The notes under the pieces: model-generated | Told to the model about the DNA's origin: nothing | The model's database searches: none | Seen by the model: the letters and a program-made list of their open reading frames with translations, nothing else | Position numbers and translations under genes: made by a program | Origin: Parvularculaceae bacterium | Lineage (GTDB): Bacteria; Pseudomonadota; Alphaproteobacteria; Caulobacterales; Parvularculaceae | Direction: 5' to 3' | Length of the DNA stretch: 64,000 nt | Assembly (NCBI GenBank): GCA_021776475.1 | Contig: JAJFFV010000004.1 | Span: 437-64,436, forward strand | Shown here: positions 47,961 to 57,029 of the stretch, in pieces | How the letters are laid out: every line of letters starts with the position of its first letter | Numbering within the stretch: position 1 is the first letter of the stretch

Positions 47961-48735
47961 TTGACAAACGAAAGTCAATCTAGTGATGCTGAACCGAGAT
48001 GTACGTTTCGCGTGCGTTTCACCCAGCTTTCTGGTCCTGAGATTGAGGCTGTCAGCACCGGATTTTTCATACAACGCTTCGAGGACGTTTACGCCAAGCT
48101 GCGGCGCGTAGATGCCATTATCGCCGCAACTGCGCACCATCGCTTTTTGTGGCTTCACCCGTTCCTTGACGGCAAGGGCCGTGTCGCGTCGCAAGGCTGA
48201 TGTCACACGCTATGCTGCAAAAGTCACTGGACACAGGTGGCATATGGTCAATCGCGCGCGGGCTTGCGCGTGCTGAATCTAAGTACAAAGATCATTTAGC
48301 GGCTTGTGATCTGCCGCGCGGAAACGACCCTGATGGACGCGGCAACCTCAGCGAAAAAGCGCTTGCGCGCTTTGCACGGTTCTTCCTGATAATTTGTATT
48401 GATCAAGTCGATTTCATGGAAAACCTCCTGCAGCCAGGCCGCTTGAAAGCTCGCATTCTGATATGGCCTGAAGCAGAAATCAGGGTTGATGCGCTACCGC
48501 AAAAGTAGGCGCGGTGCTGGAAGCTATTCTTTATCGCGGCGAGCTAAAGCGGGGAGAAATCGCTGACCTTCTCAACACCGGCGATCGTAACGCGCGGCGC
48601 GTAACATCAGCGCTGCTGGATCACGGCGTTTTAGAGTCCGACAGTACCCGCGCACCATTGCGACAGGCATTCCCGGCCACTCTTGCGCTGGATGCCGGGG
48701 CTGTTTCCAGAGAAGTAGGCTGCGTTCCTAGCTGA
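47961..48735 (+). pseudogene. Fic/DOC-family gene remnant (5'-truncated, frameshifted, internal stop)
   Basis: HHRFLWLHPFLDGKGRVA = HPFxDGNGR motif with N->K. The tandem 5-bp duplication GTCGC|GTCGC (48183..48192) breaks the frame; removing one copy restores GRVARLMSHAMLQ. TAG at 48506..48508 plus a second frame change before the wHTH-like tail (LEAILYRGELKRGEIADLL...). Confidence 0.75.
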
Positions 48736-48751
48736 AAAGACCTTTGAGTGG

Positions 48752-49945
48752 TTAGCTCGTTAGTCGTGGCCCGAAAAGCAACGGCCCATATATAACTCCA
48801 AAGCAAGTGTACGAACTAATCCAGGCGCCTGCAGAAAGATACAGAAGGAAATCTGGAGCCCACACAAATCCAGATGCGATGCGGGAAACTGCTGCCGTAA
48901 TCACAGCAAGATATATGAAGACTATTCCAATTGTTGCTTGAAGCGGTATGCCGAGATGACCAAGGCTGGCTCGTGTCATCACGGATAGTGTCATTACACC
49001 AATCGCTCCAGCGGTCCACGCATGATATGCAGTACTCATAGGAATCGTTGCTGGCGAGAGTATCGACATTCCTACTGTCAAAAATCCTAGAGGCACAAAC
49101 GCATAACCTAAATGAAGTATGAACACTAGCGGTTCGACCAGAGTGCGATCGCCTGCCCAGCGGGCGAGCCGCAGGGTTTGCAGAATTCCGGTCACCAGCA
49201 ATAGCATAGCAATCGAACTATTTTCCGGCATTCCAGTCCAGAGGATAAGCGCTGTCCCACTGATAACAATGCAAATCATATCAAAGCGATTATAAGGGAT
49301 CGGTAGGCGGCCCTGTTTTGAACGCGCGAGCCAATTTCGGGTAAAACCAGGCACAATACGTCCACCAATAAGTATGATGAGGAAAATTGCCGCCGCGATC
49401 CCGAACCGGGCGCCAAAACCGTTAGCGGCAACGGCTCCCTTGGCGGCCTCAATATGAAATATGGCGTTTCCGCAAAGGAAAAGGATCACCAATATCAAAA
49501 CTTTCAGGTTGCGCCAGTTACGCCCCGCAATGACCTCGCGGCCAATGGTAAAACTCAAGAGAATCAGAAATGACAGATCCGCGGCCGCTGCAAAATTAAC
49601 GCCAAGCAGATCCGAGAATAAAATTGCCATGCGGCCAATTATCCAAGTTAGCACCAGAACAAGTAGCCGGTTACCTGTTATCGGCAAGCGGCCGGTCCAA
49701 TTTGGAACCGCCGTCAAAAGAAATCCCGCGATAACCGCTGGAAGATACCCATACAGAAGTTCATGAACATGCCAACTTATAGGGTCGAAAGCGGTTGGCA
49801 GGGATAGGTATCCGGACAGCATCGCGATCCACGCGACCATTGCGATCGCTGACCAAAGACAGGCAAACAGGAAAAACGGACGAAACCCATAACTGAGAAT
49901 TGCCGGGCCGGAATAGGTTCTGATTTGGTCGGCGGATGTGCTCAT
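48752..49945 (-). CDS. nnrS: NnrS-family haem/copper membrane protein
   Basis: ILSYGFRPFFLFACLWSAIAMVAWI N-terminus. 12 TM helices, conserved His residues. Confidence 0.8.
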   Translation of the reverse strand: MSTSADQIRTYSGPAILSYGFRPFFLFACLWSAIAMVAWIAMLSGYLSLPTAFDPISWHVHELLYGYLPAVIAGFLLTAVPNWTGRLPITGNRLLVLVLTWIIGRMAILFSDLLGVNFAAAADLSFLILLSFTIGREVIAGRNWRNLKVLILVILFLCGNAIFHIEAAKGAVAANGFGARFGIAAAIFLIILIGGRIVPGFTRNWLARSKQGRLPIPYNRFDMICIVISGTALILWTGMPENSSIAMLLLVTGILQTLRLARWAGDRTLVEPLVFILHLGYAFVPLGFLTVGMSILSPATIPMSTAYHAWTAGAIGVMTLSVMTRASLGHLGIPLQATIGIVFIYLAVITAAVSRIASGFVWAPDFLLYLSAGAWISSYTCFGVIYGPLLFGPRLTS

Positions 49946-50646
49946 GGCAGGCCGCCCTTTGCTCTGCCGGGTGTGATTAAGCCCTCTTCGCTGATTACAA
50001 CGTCCAAAGGAACGTCATACCATTGCGGCTTGATGGTCGAGATTTGTGCAATCGAATAACCAACCCCAATCGCGCGTGGCTTTTTTGACAGCGCGCTAAG
50101 TGTGCGATCATAAAATCCTCCACCATAACCTAAACGGTAGCAGGATTTGTCAAACCCAATCACCGGCGCGATGATGATATCGGGCTCAACCATTGCAGCA
50201 CCTTCTTTCGGAATGGGAATATTCAAGACGCCCGGTTCTAACGGCTCGCCAGCAGACCAAGAACGAAATACAAGCGGCTTATCTTGCTCTAAAACTACGG
50301 GTAATGCGCATTGGGCTCCCTGCTCTTGCAGACGTTTAAATGTGGGATTGAGATTAGGCTCACCACGAAAGGGCCAATAGAGACTAACGGTCTGCCCTTT
50401 GGCATGTCTGATAGTTTCAAGCAGCTTTTGCTGTATTCTTTTGTCGTATTGATGACGGCTCTCAGCAGGGATCGCCATGCGATCTTTAATCAAGCGTGCG
50501 CGCTCGGCCTTGCGCCAGTTAGCTAGCTTAACCTGTTGATCATGGTCATTAGGATCAGATAGTCCCGTATATACCGGGTCTGCCTCATGCATAGAACAGG
50601 CGGGGGAAGCATAAGATTTTACATCATCCTCACTCTGCCTCGTCAT
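49942..50646 (-). CDS. 5-formyltetrahydrofolate cyclo-ligase with ~50-aa N-terminal extension
   Basis: ...SLYWPFRGEPNL...PDIIIAPVIGFDKSCYRLGYGGGFYDRTL. ATGA overlap with nnrS. Confidence 0.75.
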   Translation of the reverse strand: MTRQSEDDVKSYASPACSMHEADPVYTGLSDPNDHDQQVKLANWRKAERARLIKDRMAIPAESRHQYDKRIQQKLLETIRHAKGQTVSLYWPFRGEPNLNPTFKRLQEQGAQCALPVVLEQDKPLVFRSWSAGEPLEPGVLNIPIPKEGAAMVEPDIIIAPVIGFDKSCYRLGYGGGFYDRTLSALSKKPRAIGVGYSIAQISTIKPQWYDVPLDVVISEEGLITPGRAKGGLP

Positions 50647-51191
50647 GCTGGCTGCTCCGCAACATTAGGGCTATGACCGCGCAAAAAGACTTTTGCCTCT
50701 GACCGATGAAGCCGCTTCCCTTGCCAATGAAGTCCAATCACCTTTGTTTTGAATGGTATTGTCAATACCATTTTAGCATTTTGTAACCCGTCAGCGTTCA
50801 TGAACTCGAGACTGCCTTTAGGATGATTTTTGGATCAGCGTAGCCATTAGGACCAAAGGTGATCAAAAAATCCGGATCGCGTGAGACAGCAACAAAACAT
50901 GTGCGTGATATTCCTCGCAAGACTTATCGACAACGAATCTTGAATTGACTGCGGTAGTGGCTGAACAATGCAGCCGCGATTATTTCGCGGCAACAAAGGC
51001 TCAACAACCACCCACTCTTCATCTTAAAATCAAACCGCGCCATGAAAAACTCCCGTTCGGGAATCCCTGAATCACGTATTTGCAAAGTAAATCAATCAGG
51101 TACACACGCCCTAGATCTGGAGTTCTAGCATTGTCTATGAGCCATAAAGGCTGATAAGATCAGACTGACAGAGAGTAAATGGGGGTTATAC

Positions 51192-53600
51192 ATGAATAAA
51201 TTATTCGGATGGTTGAATTTCTCCACTCCAATTAGGTCGTTTTCTCAAGCCCTCGGATATTCCAGGTTCAGCGCACTCGTCCTAGTTGGCGCATTGCTGG
51301 TTTTTTTGTTCCCAGGTCAGGGACAGGAGTTATTGGCAAGTACGGACGAAAATTCTCTTCATTTCCTATACATGTTGATCGCTGTATTTTTTGCGGCTGC
51401 GAATGCTTGGTATTGGAGCAGAACTGTTCTCTCTAGAGAATTTGCGAGAGCGCCAGGTGCCGGCGTTGTTCGTATCGATTACGCCAAACGTAATGCTGGT
51501 GCCCACAGCATGTCTGAACTGCTGAGTGCGTGGCGACTTCAGAATTTTTCCTCAGTCCCAAGAAATATTTTCGATGGCTCCTTGGTTCACCCATGGTTAG
51601 CTTTTTTTATTAATCAAATGCCTCGTGTATTGGCACTTGGTGTTTTTGCCATTGCTGCGTACGGCTACTACACTTATGGAAAGAATGCCGACGGAAATGC
51701 AGGATTGGTCAACATTGTTGTTATCTTGGTGCTTGGCGTAGCGTTTTATCTGTTCCTTTCCGCTCGCAAAAAAATCATGAACCGGATCACTGGTTCTGTT
51801 CCTATGGCTACCGATTCTCGCGCTCATGTGTGGGGAATATTACTGACCGCGATTTTCATCGTCTTGCCGTTCGCGTTTCTGTTTTTGCCGGTCATAGATA
51901 GAGTTGAGCCTGGAATTTGGATCTCCCAGCATTTTGGAGCTGGGGCCATCGTATTCTTTGCGCTAGGGTTGCTGATTCCTGTTGGAAGCTTTCTGGTTGT
52001 GCTGACCCATGATGAGGGTTTTCCAATTATCTGGTCATTACTATTGATCGCAGCTCTCATTAGTTCATTACCGAACCTGAATTTTGATTGGGCCAAGCGC
52101 CTAGAATCTCACGAAATGAGAACTGTATCCTCGCCGTTAATCGACAGGCCCACCTTGGAGCAGGAATTTTTAACCTGGTATGATCAGGCTCAACGAAACT
52201 GGGAAAGCGACGAGCCAGTACCGATGGTTATTGTTGCATCGGCTGGCGGAGGTCTACCCGCCGCTCATTGGACCGTAACCATTCTAGGAAGTTTGCAGGA
52301 TGTAACAGAGGGAATGTTTTCTGATCATCTGTTTGCAATCAGTAGTGTTTCCGGTGGCAGTCTTGGTGCGGCCGTATTCGCTTCAGAAGTAGCCGCTCGT
52401 GATAGGTATCCATATGCAGACAACGATCCCTGTAGCATGTCTGTGGAGTGCTATGCGCGCCGTAGCTTGACATATGACTTTTTGGCACCAAACGTATTTG
52501 CGCTTCTGTTCTACGATGTCTATCAGCACGTGAATTATTTTATTCCTATCGCAAAGGCCACAGGTTTTGTGCAAACCCCGGACAGGGGTGAATATTTAGA
52601 ACGGGCATGGGAAATCGGCTGGCAAAAATCTCATCATGGTGATGATGTGTTTTTGAAATCATTTCTTCAATACCGAAACGGTTTAACTGCTTGGCAGCCT
52701 ACACTGTTATTAAATGCGACACATCAAGAAACAGGCCGCCGTGCTATCGCAAGTCATATTGATATATCGGATACAGATGTTCTCGATGCCATTGACTTGC
52801 TAGACGCGAGTGACGCAAACAAAAATTCTGGTGACCTGCAGAATTGGTGTAACGTACGGGATTTGCCATTATCAACCGCCGCACATAATAGTGCAAGATT
52901 TCCGTATGTGAGCCCGGCCGGAAAAATTCCCGCAACGACATGTGACGATTGTGAAGGCACCGACTGTCAGTTACTTACTGGTCATTTAATAGATGGCGCG
53001 TATTTTGAAAATAACGGCGCGGCGACGGCGCTAGATTTGCTTGAAGCGCTATCTCGAATAGCGAACGATGCAAATATTGAAGTTACGCCGATCGTCATAC
53101 AAATCGTGAGTGATCCCTCGGAGACCGATTGGCTGGGAGAAACACAAAGACCAGAACTTAAGCCGGCATTTGGCATTCTAAATGAAATTTTTGCACCTGT
53201 ACGGGGCATCTTTGCGACAAGATCCTCACGCGGCGCAGTGGCCTCTCTTAGATTGCGGAGCTGGGTTGAAAAGTGTGCTGGATCAAACAATCCAGACCCT
53301 GGTTACGAAGAACAATGTTCGTCAAAATTCAAAAACGCCGAATACCATGTATTTCAAATGACGAAAGGTGCCTCAAAAGAAGGACCAGGACTCGGCTGGT
53401 CGCTGTCTACAAAATCAACTCTTGATATCTGTAAAATGGCAAGCGGTTCGCAAGCGGGCTTGGTCAGCGGGCTTTCAGAAAACACCTTGTTCATTCAAGA
53501 CAAGAATGAAAGCAGTTTTAGAGATATTGCTGGTAAGATTGGTTCAGGAGAATCTTTTGGTCGCGAAATTTGTGAGGCAAAATTTTTGTCATTTCCCTAG
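51192..53600 (+). CDS. membrane-anchored patatin-like phospholipase
   Basis: About 7 N-terminal TM helices. Then IVASAGGGLPAAHW (Gly-rich oxyanion loop), ISSVSGGSLGAAVF (x-S-x-G nucleophile) and HLIDGAYFENNG (DGA Asp). AT-richer than the flanks. Confidence 0.7.
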   Translation: MNKLFGWLNFSTPIRSFSQALGYSRFSALVLVGALLVFLFPGQGQELLASTDENSLHFLYMLIAVFFAAANAWYWSRTVLSREFARAPGAGVVRIDYAKRNAGAHSMSELLSAWRLQNFSSVPRNIFDGSLVHPWLAFFINQMPRVLALGVFAIAAYGYYTYGKNADGNAGLVNIVVILVLGVAFYLFLSARKKIMNRITGSVPMATDSRAHVWGILLTAIFIVLPFAFLFLPVIDRVEPGIWISQHFGAGAIVFFALGLLIPVGSFLVVLTHDEGFPIIWSLLLIAALISSLPNLNFDWAKRLESHEMRTVSSPLIDRPTLEQEFLTWYDQAQRNWESDEPVPMVIVASAGGGLPAAHWTVTILGSLQDVTEGMFSDHLFAISSVSGGSLGAAVFASEVAARDRYPYADNDPCSMSVECYARRSLTYDFLAPNVFALLFYDVYQHVNYFIPIAKATGFVQTPDRGEYLERAWEIGWQKSHHGDDVFLKSFLQYRNGLTAWQPTLLLNATHQETGRRAIASHIDISDTDVLDAIDLLDASDANKNSGDLQNWCNVRDLPLSTAAHNSARFPYVSPAGKIPATTCDDCEGTDCQLLTGHLIDGAYFENNGAATALDLLEALSRIANDANIEVTPIVIQIVSDPSETDWLGETQRPELKPAFGILNEIFAPVRGIFATRSSRGAVASLRLRSWVEKCAGSNNPDPGYEEQCSSKFKNAEYHVFQMTKGASKEGPGLGWSLSTKSTLDICKMASGSQAGLVSGLSENTLFIQDKNESSFRDIAGKIGSGESFGREICEAKFLSFP

Positions 53601-53682
53601 GCCGTAAGGCGCAAATCAAAGAGGCTGGTTTTCCGAGCATGTCAGCCTTGCTGGACCTCACTCCGATGCAAGCGCAAGACCG

Positions 53683-54114
53683 TTAGGCGGAGGCCCAGGG
53701 ATCGTATGAGCCGAAGGTCCAAACGTGCCCTTCGGGATCGCGGCAAGAATAGCCCCGGCCCCCGTAGTCCTCGTCCTTGATTTCAATCACGATCTGCGCG
53801 CCCGCCGCGACTGCTCGTGCATAGTGTTTGTCGGCGTCGTCGACGATGATGTACGGGCTCTGAGAAACGGCACCACCCAGGGCGCGCGGCGGCTTCTGAA
53901 GATCATCGAATTCGCTCGCGCGCGCGGAGCCGAGCATTACCATTCCGTTCCCGAAGACGAGCTGTGCGTGGACGATGGTGCCGTCTTCACCGGGCACGAC
54001 AAGGTGCTTGTCGAAGCCGAACGCCTCGCAGAGCCACGCAATGGCGACCGCTGCATCGTTGTATCGCATGGTCGGAATCACCGTCGCCGCTGAGCTCTTC
54101 GCATTGTCGGCCAT
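53683..54114 (-). CDS. VOC/glyoxalase-family protein (PhnB-like)
   Basis: IPTMRYNDAAVAIAWLCEAFGF...DEDYGGRGYSCRDPEGHVWTFGSYDPW. Conspicuously GC-rich compared with its neighbours. Confidence 0.75.
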   Translation of the reverse strand: MADNAKSSAATVIPTMRYNDAAVAIAWLCEAFGFDKHLVVPGEDGTIVHAQLVFGNGMVMLGSARASEFDDLQKPPRALGGAVSQSPYIIVDDADKHYARAVAAGAQIVIEIKDEDYGGRGYSCRDPEGHVWTFGSYDPWASA

Positions 54115-54146
54115 AGCTTTCTCCTTGTAAAAATTAAATCCTGTTT

Positions 54147-54443
54147 TCAATCCGTGACCCAGTCAGGCTTCGGGTTGGACAGCTGTTCTTCAACAGCCGC
54201 CCGCAATTCCATCCATGTCTTTTCATTGCTTTTCCGCAATTCAATGAAAGCTGGCATGTCGCGTAATTGATCGAGACGATCTCATTTTGCGATAAGTCAG
54301 CAAGCGTTCTTGCAACCAAATTCCGCAGCCATGGAGGATTCAAGCAAACCTGCCACTTGGGCCAACATCCAGCCAATCACGGCGTAGACACCTGCCACAC
54401 GGAAAATGTTCCGGCGGCGTAACTCTGCAACAAAGTTGGACAT
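54147..54443 (-). pseudogene. collapsed stub of a membrane-anchored TPR-type gene
   Basis: ATG at 54443 gives MSNFVAELRRRNIFRVAGVYAVIGWMLAQVAGLLE, an N-terminus typical of TPR/cyclase-type proteins, then a stop. Another frame ends ...LDQLRDMPAFIELRKSNEKTWMELRAAVEEQLS (C-terminus-like). The middle of the gene is absent. Confidence 0.3.
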
Positions 54444-54574
54444 TTTAACTCCACTCAGAAGGTGATCTGACTTTAATATGATTGGGTAAAGAACGCAAAA
54501 TGCTGGTTGGGCGAATAAACGCAGCTAGAATGCCCGCAAGCTCAAGCCAAACTCCGCCGACCCTCACTGGGTGT

Positions 54575-55879
54575 CTATTTAACCAGCGTAAGTCGAAACG
54601 TGCGCTCAATCCGCTCTAAATCTTTCGCCACCACACCGGCCTTATCCGCATAGTCAGTCCAATTTTCGACGGTTGAGGCGATCTCAAAGACGATGTCAGT
54701 CGCCTTTGATTTCTTGATCCCGCCGACTTTCGCCAAGGCGATAAGGTCGTCGATTTCAAAACCATTCCGTTTGCCGTTGACACTCATTTGATGACGATCG
54801 GTCCATTCGCCGGTGGGATTATAGGAGTAAGCGACATCAAACGCGGGCGACAATCGCCACTCGCCTTCCTTATTCATGAGAAACGCGATGTTCTTCACGT
54901 GATCGTCCTGATTGCGTGCCAAAATATTCAAAACGGTCCGGCGGAATTGTTGTTCCGTATCACGCATCGGCAGATGCAATCTGCGGATCGCTTGAATCGC
55001 CTGCTCATATGAATAAGCGCCGGCCTGATTAAAGTCGTAGTGCATTACGGCGCCCAGCGATTGCAAATGAAGTTTGTCGCCATCGTCGGTGCGATCAAAC
55101 CGCTTTGTCATGAAGTGCGCGCGTCCACCTTCTTCGTGGAGACGGCAGCCCATCATGGTGATCCCGGCATCTTGTGCCATCAGATAATAGGCATATTCGA
55201 TGCGGCCGTAGCCTTGCGGGTCGACTAGCTCTTTGTCCTTGTTTCCTCTGACACCGTCGAACTTCATCAGCCAGTGGCCAAAGCCCTTATCCGCTGGCAC
55301 TTGGCCTGAACGAAATTCACCGGTGGTCTCGTTCCAGGCAAGGATCGCTTTGGCGCGAGCACCGCCGGCCGATGTGCCAACCCGTAGGATATCCTCGATG
55401 ATCGCGCGGTCATCTGACCCGGAAAACTTTCCTTCCAAGCTAATTCGCTCGTCAAAGACACGGTTCGCAAGATCGACAAGCGCTGCTACTTCGACCCTGC
55501 GCGCTGTAGTCGGCGCCTCTGAATGGGTCGGCTTGAATTCCAACGCCCCCATCCCGCGCGCACCGGTATAGCAAAGACGTTCAACAGGATTGAAACTATC
55601 TGGCAAGCGCCGCCGGCTGGCGAGCCATGCGTCAATCAATGCATTGCCAAACTTATCTGGTAATGAATCGGCGAGCATGCCGGGTAGTCCGTGAAAGCTA
55701 ATTTTCGCCAGCCCCGGAAATTGATAGGATGCATTGTTGAGCGGCATCATGACCGGCGCAACTTCGATGCCGCTATTTATAAAATCAGGCCTATACTGAA
55801 AAACACCGATTTCTTGATCTGGGAGCCACGACACGGCGCCAATGTCACGGCCCCAAAGAATGACGCGTGCGTCGGTCAT
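54575..55879 (-). CDS. hipA: HipA-family toxin kinase
   Basis: 434 aa. N-terminal coupling domain (VILWGRDIGAVSW) and kinase core (...ILARNQDDHVKNIAFLM...LSPAFDV). Confidence 0.85.
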   Translation of the reverse strand: MTDARVILWGRDIGAVSWLPDQEIGVFQYRPDFINSGIEVAPVMMPLNNASYQFPGLAKISFHGLPGMLADSLPDKFGNALIDAWLASRRRLPDSFNPVERLCYTGARGMGALEFKPTHSEAPTTARRVEVAALVDLANRVFDERISLEGKFSGSDDRAIIEDILRVGTSAGGARAKAILAWNETTGEFRSGQVPADKGFGHWLMKFDGVRGNKDKELVDPQGYGRIEYAYYLMAQDAGITMMGCRLHEEGGRAHFMTKRFDRTDDGDKLHLQSLGAVMHYDFNQAGAYSYEQAIQAIRRLHLPMRDTEQQFRRTVLNILARNQDDHVKNIAFLMNKEGEWRLSPAFDVAYSYNPTGEWTDRHQMSVNGKRNGFEIDDLIALAKVGGIKKSKATDIVFEIASTVENWTDYADKAGVVAKDLERIERTFRLTLVK

Positions 55880-56250
55880 TCAGCTTTTTCCGTTGTTTCC
55901 ATTGTTTCCCATGTCCAGTCCGGGTGGTTGTTCTTTTTCTTGGCCCGTGCGCGCTGGCGTTCGACCCCTTTGAATTTTACGCGTTCGACTGGCCGCACTG
56001 TCGGGTCAGGCAAGAGCGCCTCCAGGTGGCTGGTCAGCTGCAACGCCTGCATGACCCGGATGAACGAATCGAGCGAGATGCCCTTGCCGTGCGTGGCGAG
56101 CCTTGTGATGGTGCTACGGGAGATTCCAGCTTCTTCTGCGAGGTCGTTCTGGCTGATATTTCGACTGAGGCGGACGTCCTCAAGGCGGTCGCAAAGAGCG
56201 TTTTCGATGTCTTCGCTGTTCACCAATGAAAATTCCAGTTTTTGCGTCAT
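55876..56250 (-). CDS. hipB: HipB-like XRE-family antitoxin with basic C-terminal tail
   Basis: LSRNISQNDLAEEAGISRSTITRLATHGKGISLDSFIRVMQAL HTH. ATGA overlap with hipA. Confidence 0.75.
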   Translation of the reverse strand: MTQKLEFSLVNSEDIENALCDRLEDVRLSRNISQNDLAEEAGISRSTITRLATHGKGISLDSFIRVMQALQLTSHLEALLPDPTVRPVERVKFKGVERQRARAKKKNNHPDWTWETMETTEKAE

Positions 56251-56368
56251 ATTTCACTCACTAGGGTTATTATTAGCCATAGTGCTTAATATATGATGCG
56301 TTATCAGACTGACAAGTTACACTTCCGTTAATGATTGACTTTTCATTCACAAAACATTCATGCGTATA

Positions 56369-56392
56369 TTAATGCATTTATTTTAATGCATT
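56369..56392. promoter_or_regulatory. two copies of the palindromic TTAATGCATT motif, 14 nt apart (candidate HipB operator)
   Basis: 56369..56378 and 56383..56392. The second copy is a perfect 10-nt palindrome (TAATGCATTA). AT-rich region about 120 nt upstream of hipB. Confidence 0.3.
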
Positions 56393-56428
56393 ATCATTAA
56401 GAAAGGAATAGAGCGTCTTGCAGCTCAG

Positions 56429-56671
56429 TCAAGGCCCAGAAGTCGATAAGCGTCGGGCATTATTGAGAAAATTGTCCAGATCAGTTTTCCGATACTGAAC
56501 CAGCCTGCCTACTTTTAAATAAGGCGGCCCTGCCCCTGAAACGCGCCACTTACTCAAGGTTTGCGGCTTTAATTTCAGGTAGTGGGCAGCTTGCCGGTTG
56601 TCATATCTGACATCAACGTCTGCCAAACCATTCGCGCTGGATTTCGGTGAACTCATCAACTTTACTCCCAA
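56429..56671 (-). CDS. AlpA/excisionase-type HTH protein
   Basis: AAHYLKLKPQTLSKWRVSGAGPPYLKVGRLVQYRKTDLDNFL. Confidence 0.65.
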   Translation of the reverse strand: MGVKLMSSPKSSANGLADVDVRYDNRQAAHYLKLKPQTLSKWRVSGAGPPYLKVGRLVQYRKTDLDNFLNNARRLSTSGP

Positions 56672-56771
56672 GAAGCGTCAGAGCCGGACCAATGGCGCCC
56701 GGTCCTGAACATCTCTTTATTCATTCCAGGTCCAAACAAGTTTCCCGGACTTATCCGCCTCATCTTCAATA

Positions 56772-57023
56772 CTATTGCTCCGTTACCTGGCTTGAGGGTG
56801 CATTATATTGCTGGCGCTCCTTCTGCGCGCGTTTGAACCCGGTATCACTTGCAAGAAATGCTTCGAGCATGGATGGAACGAGAGCCGCTGGCTGCTCCTT
56901 GGAGCCATAGACTTCAGCGTAGATCGCCGCATAGTCTTCAAGATCGCCGAAAATCTGTGGCGGTATCGCAATCGTCAGCTTTTTTGCTTCACGGTTCGGC
57001 AGTTGCTTCAATTTAATTGTCAT
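56772..57023 (-). CDS. DUF2274-family protein (follows trbI in ICE transfer modules)
   Basis: MTIKLKQLPNREAKKLTIAIPPQIFGDLEDYAAIYAEVYG... Located 7 nt downstream of trbI. Confidence 0.7.
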   Translation of the reverse strand: MTIKLKQLPNREAKKLTIAIPPQIFGDLEDYAAIYAEVYGSKEQPAALVPSMLEAFLASDTGFKRAQKERQQYNAPSSQVTEQ

Positions 57024-57029
57024 GCTGAT

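Noticed and set aside
47865-48206. 113-aa minus-strand ORF
   Set aside because: Antisense to the Fic remnant, whose HPFxDGxGR motif identifies the true coding strand.
54134-54376. 80-aa minus ORF
   Set aside because: It is an out-of-frame read through the collapsed TPR-gene stub. The two flanking frames give the recognisable N- and C-terminal pieces instead.
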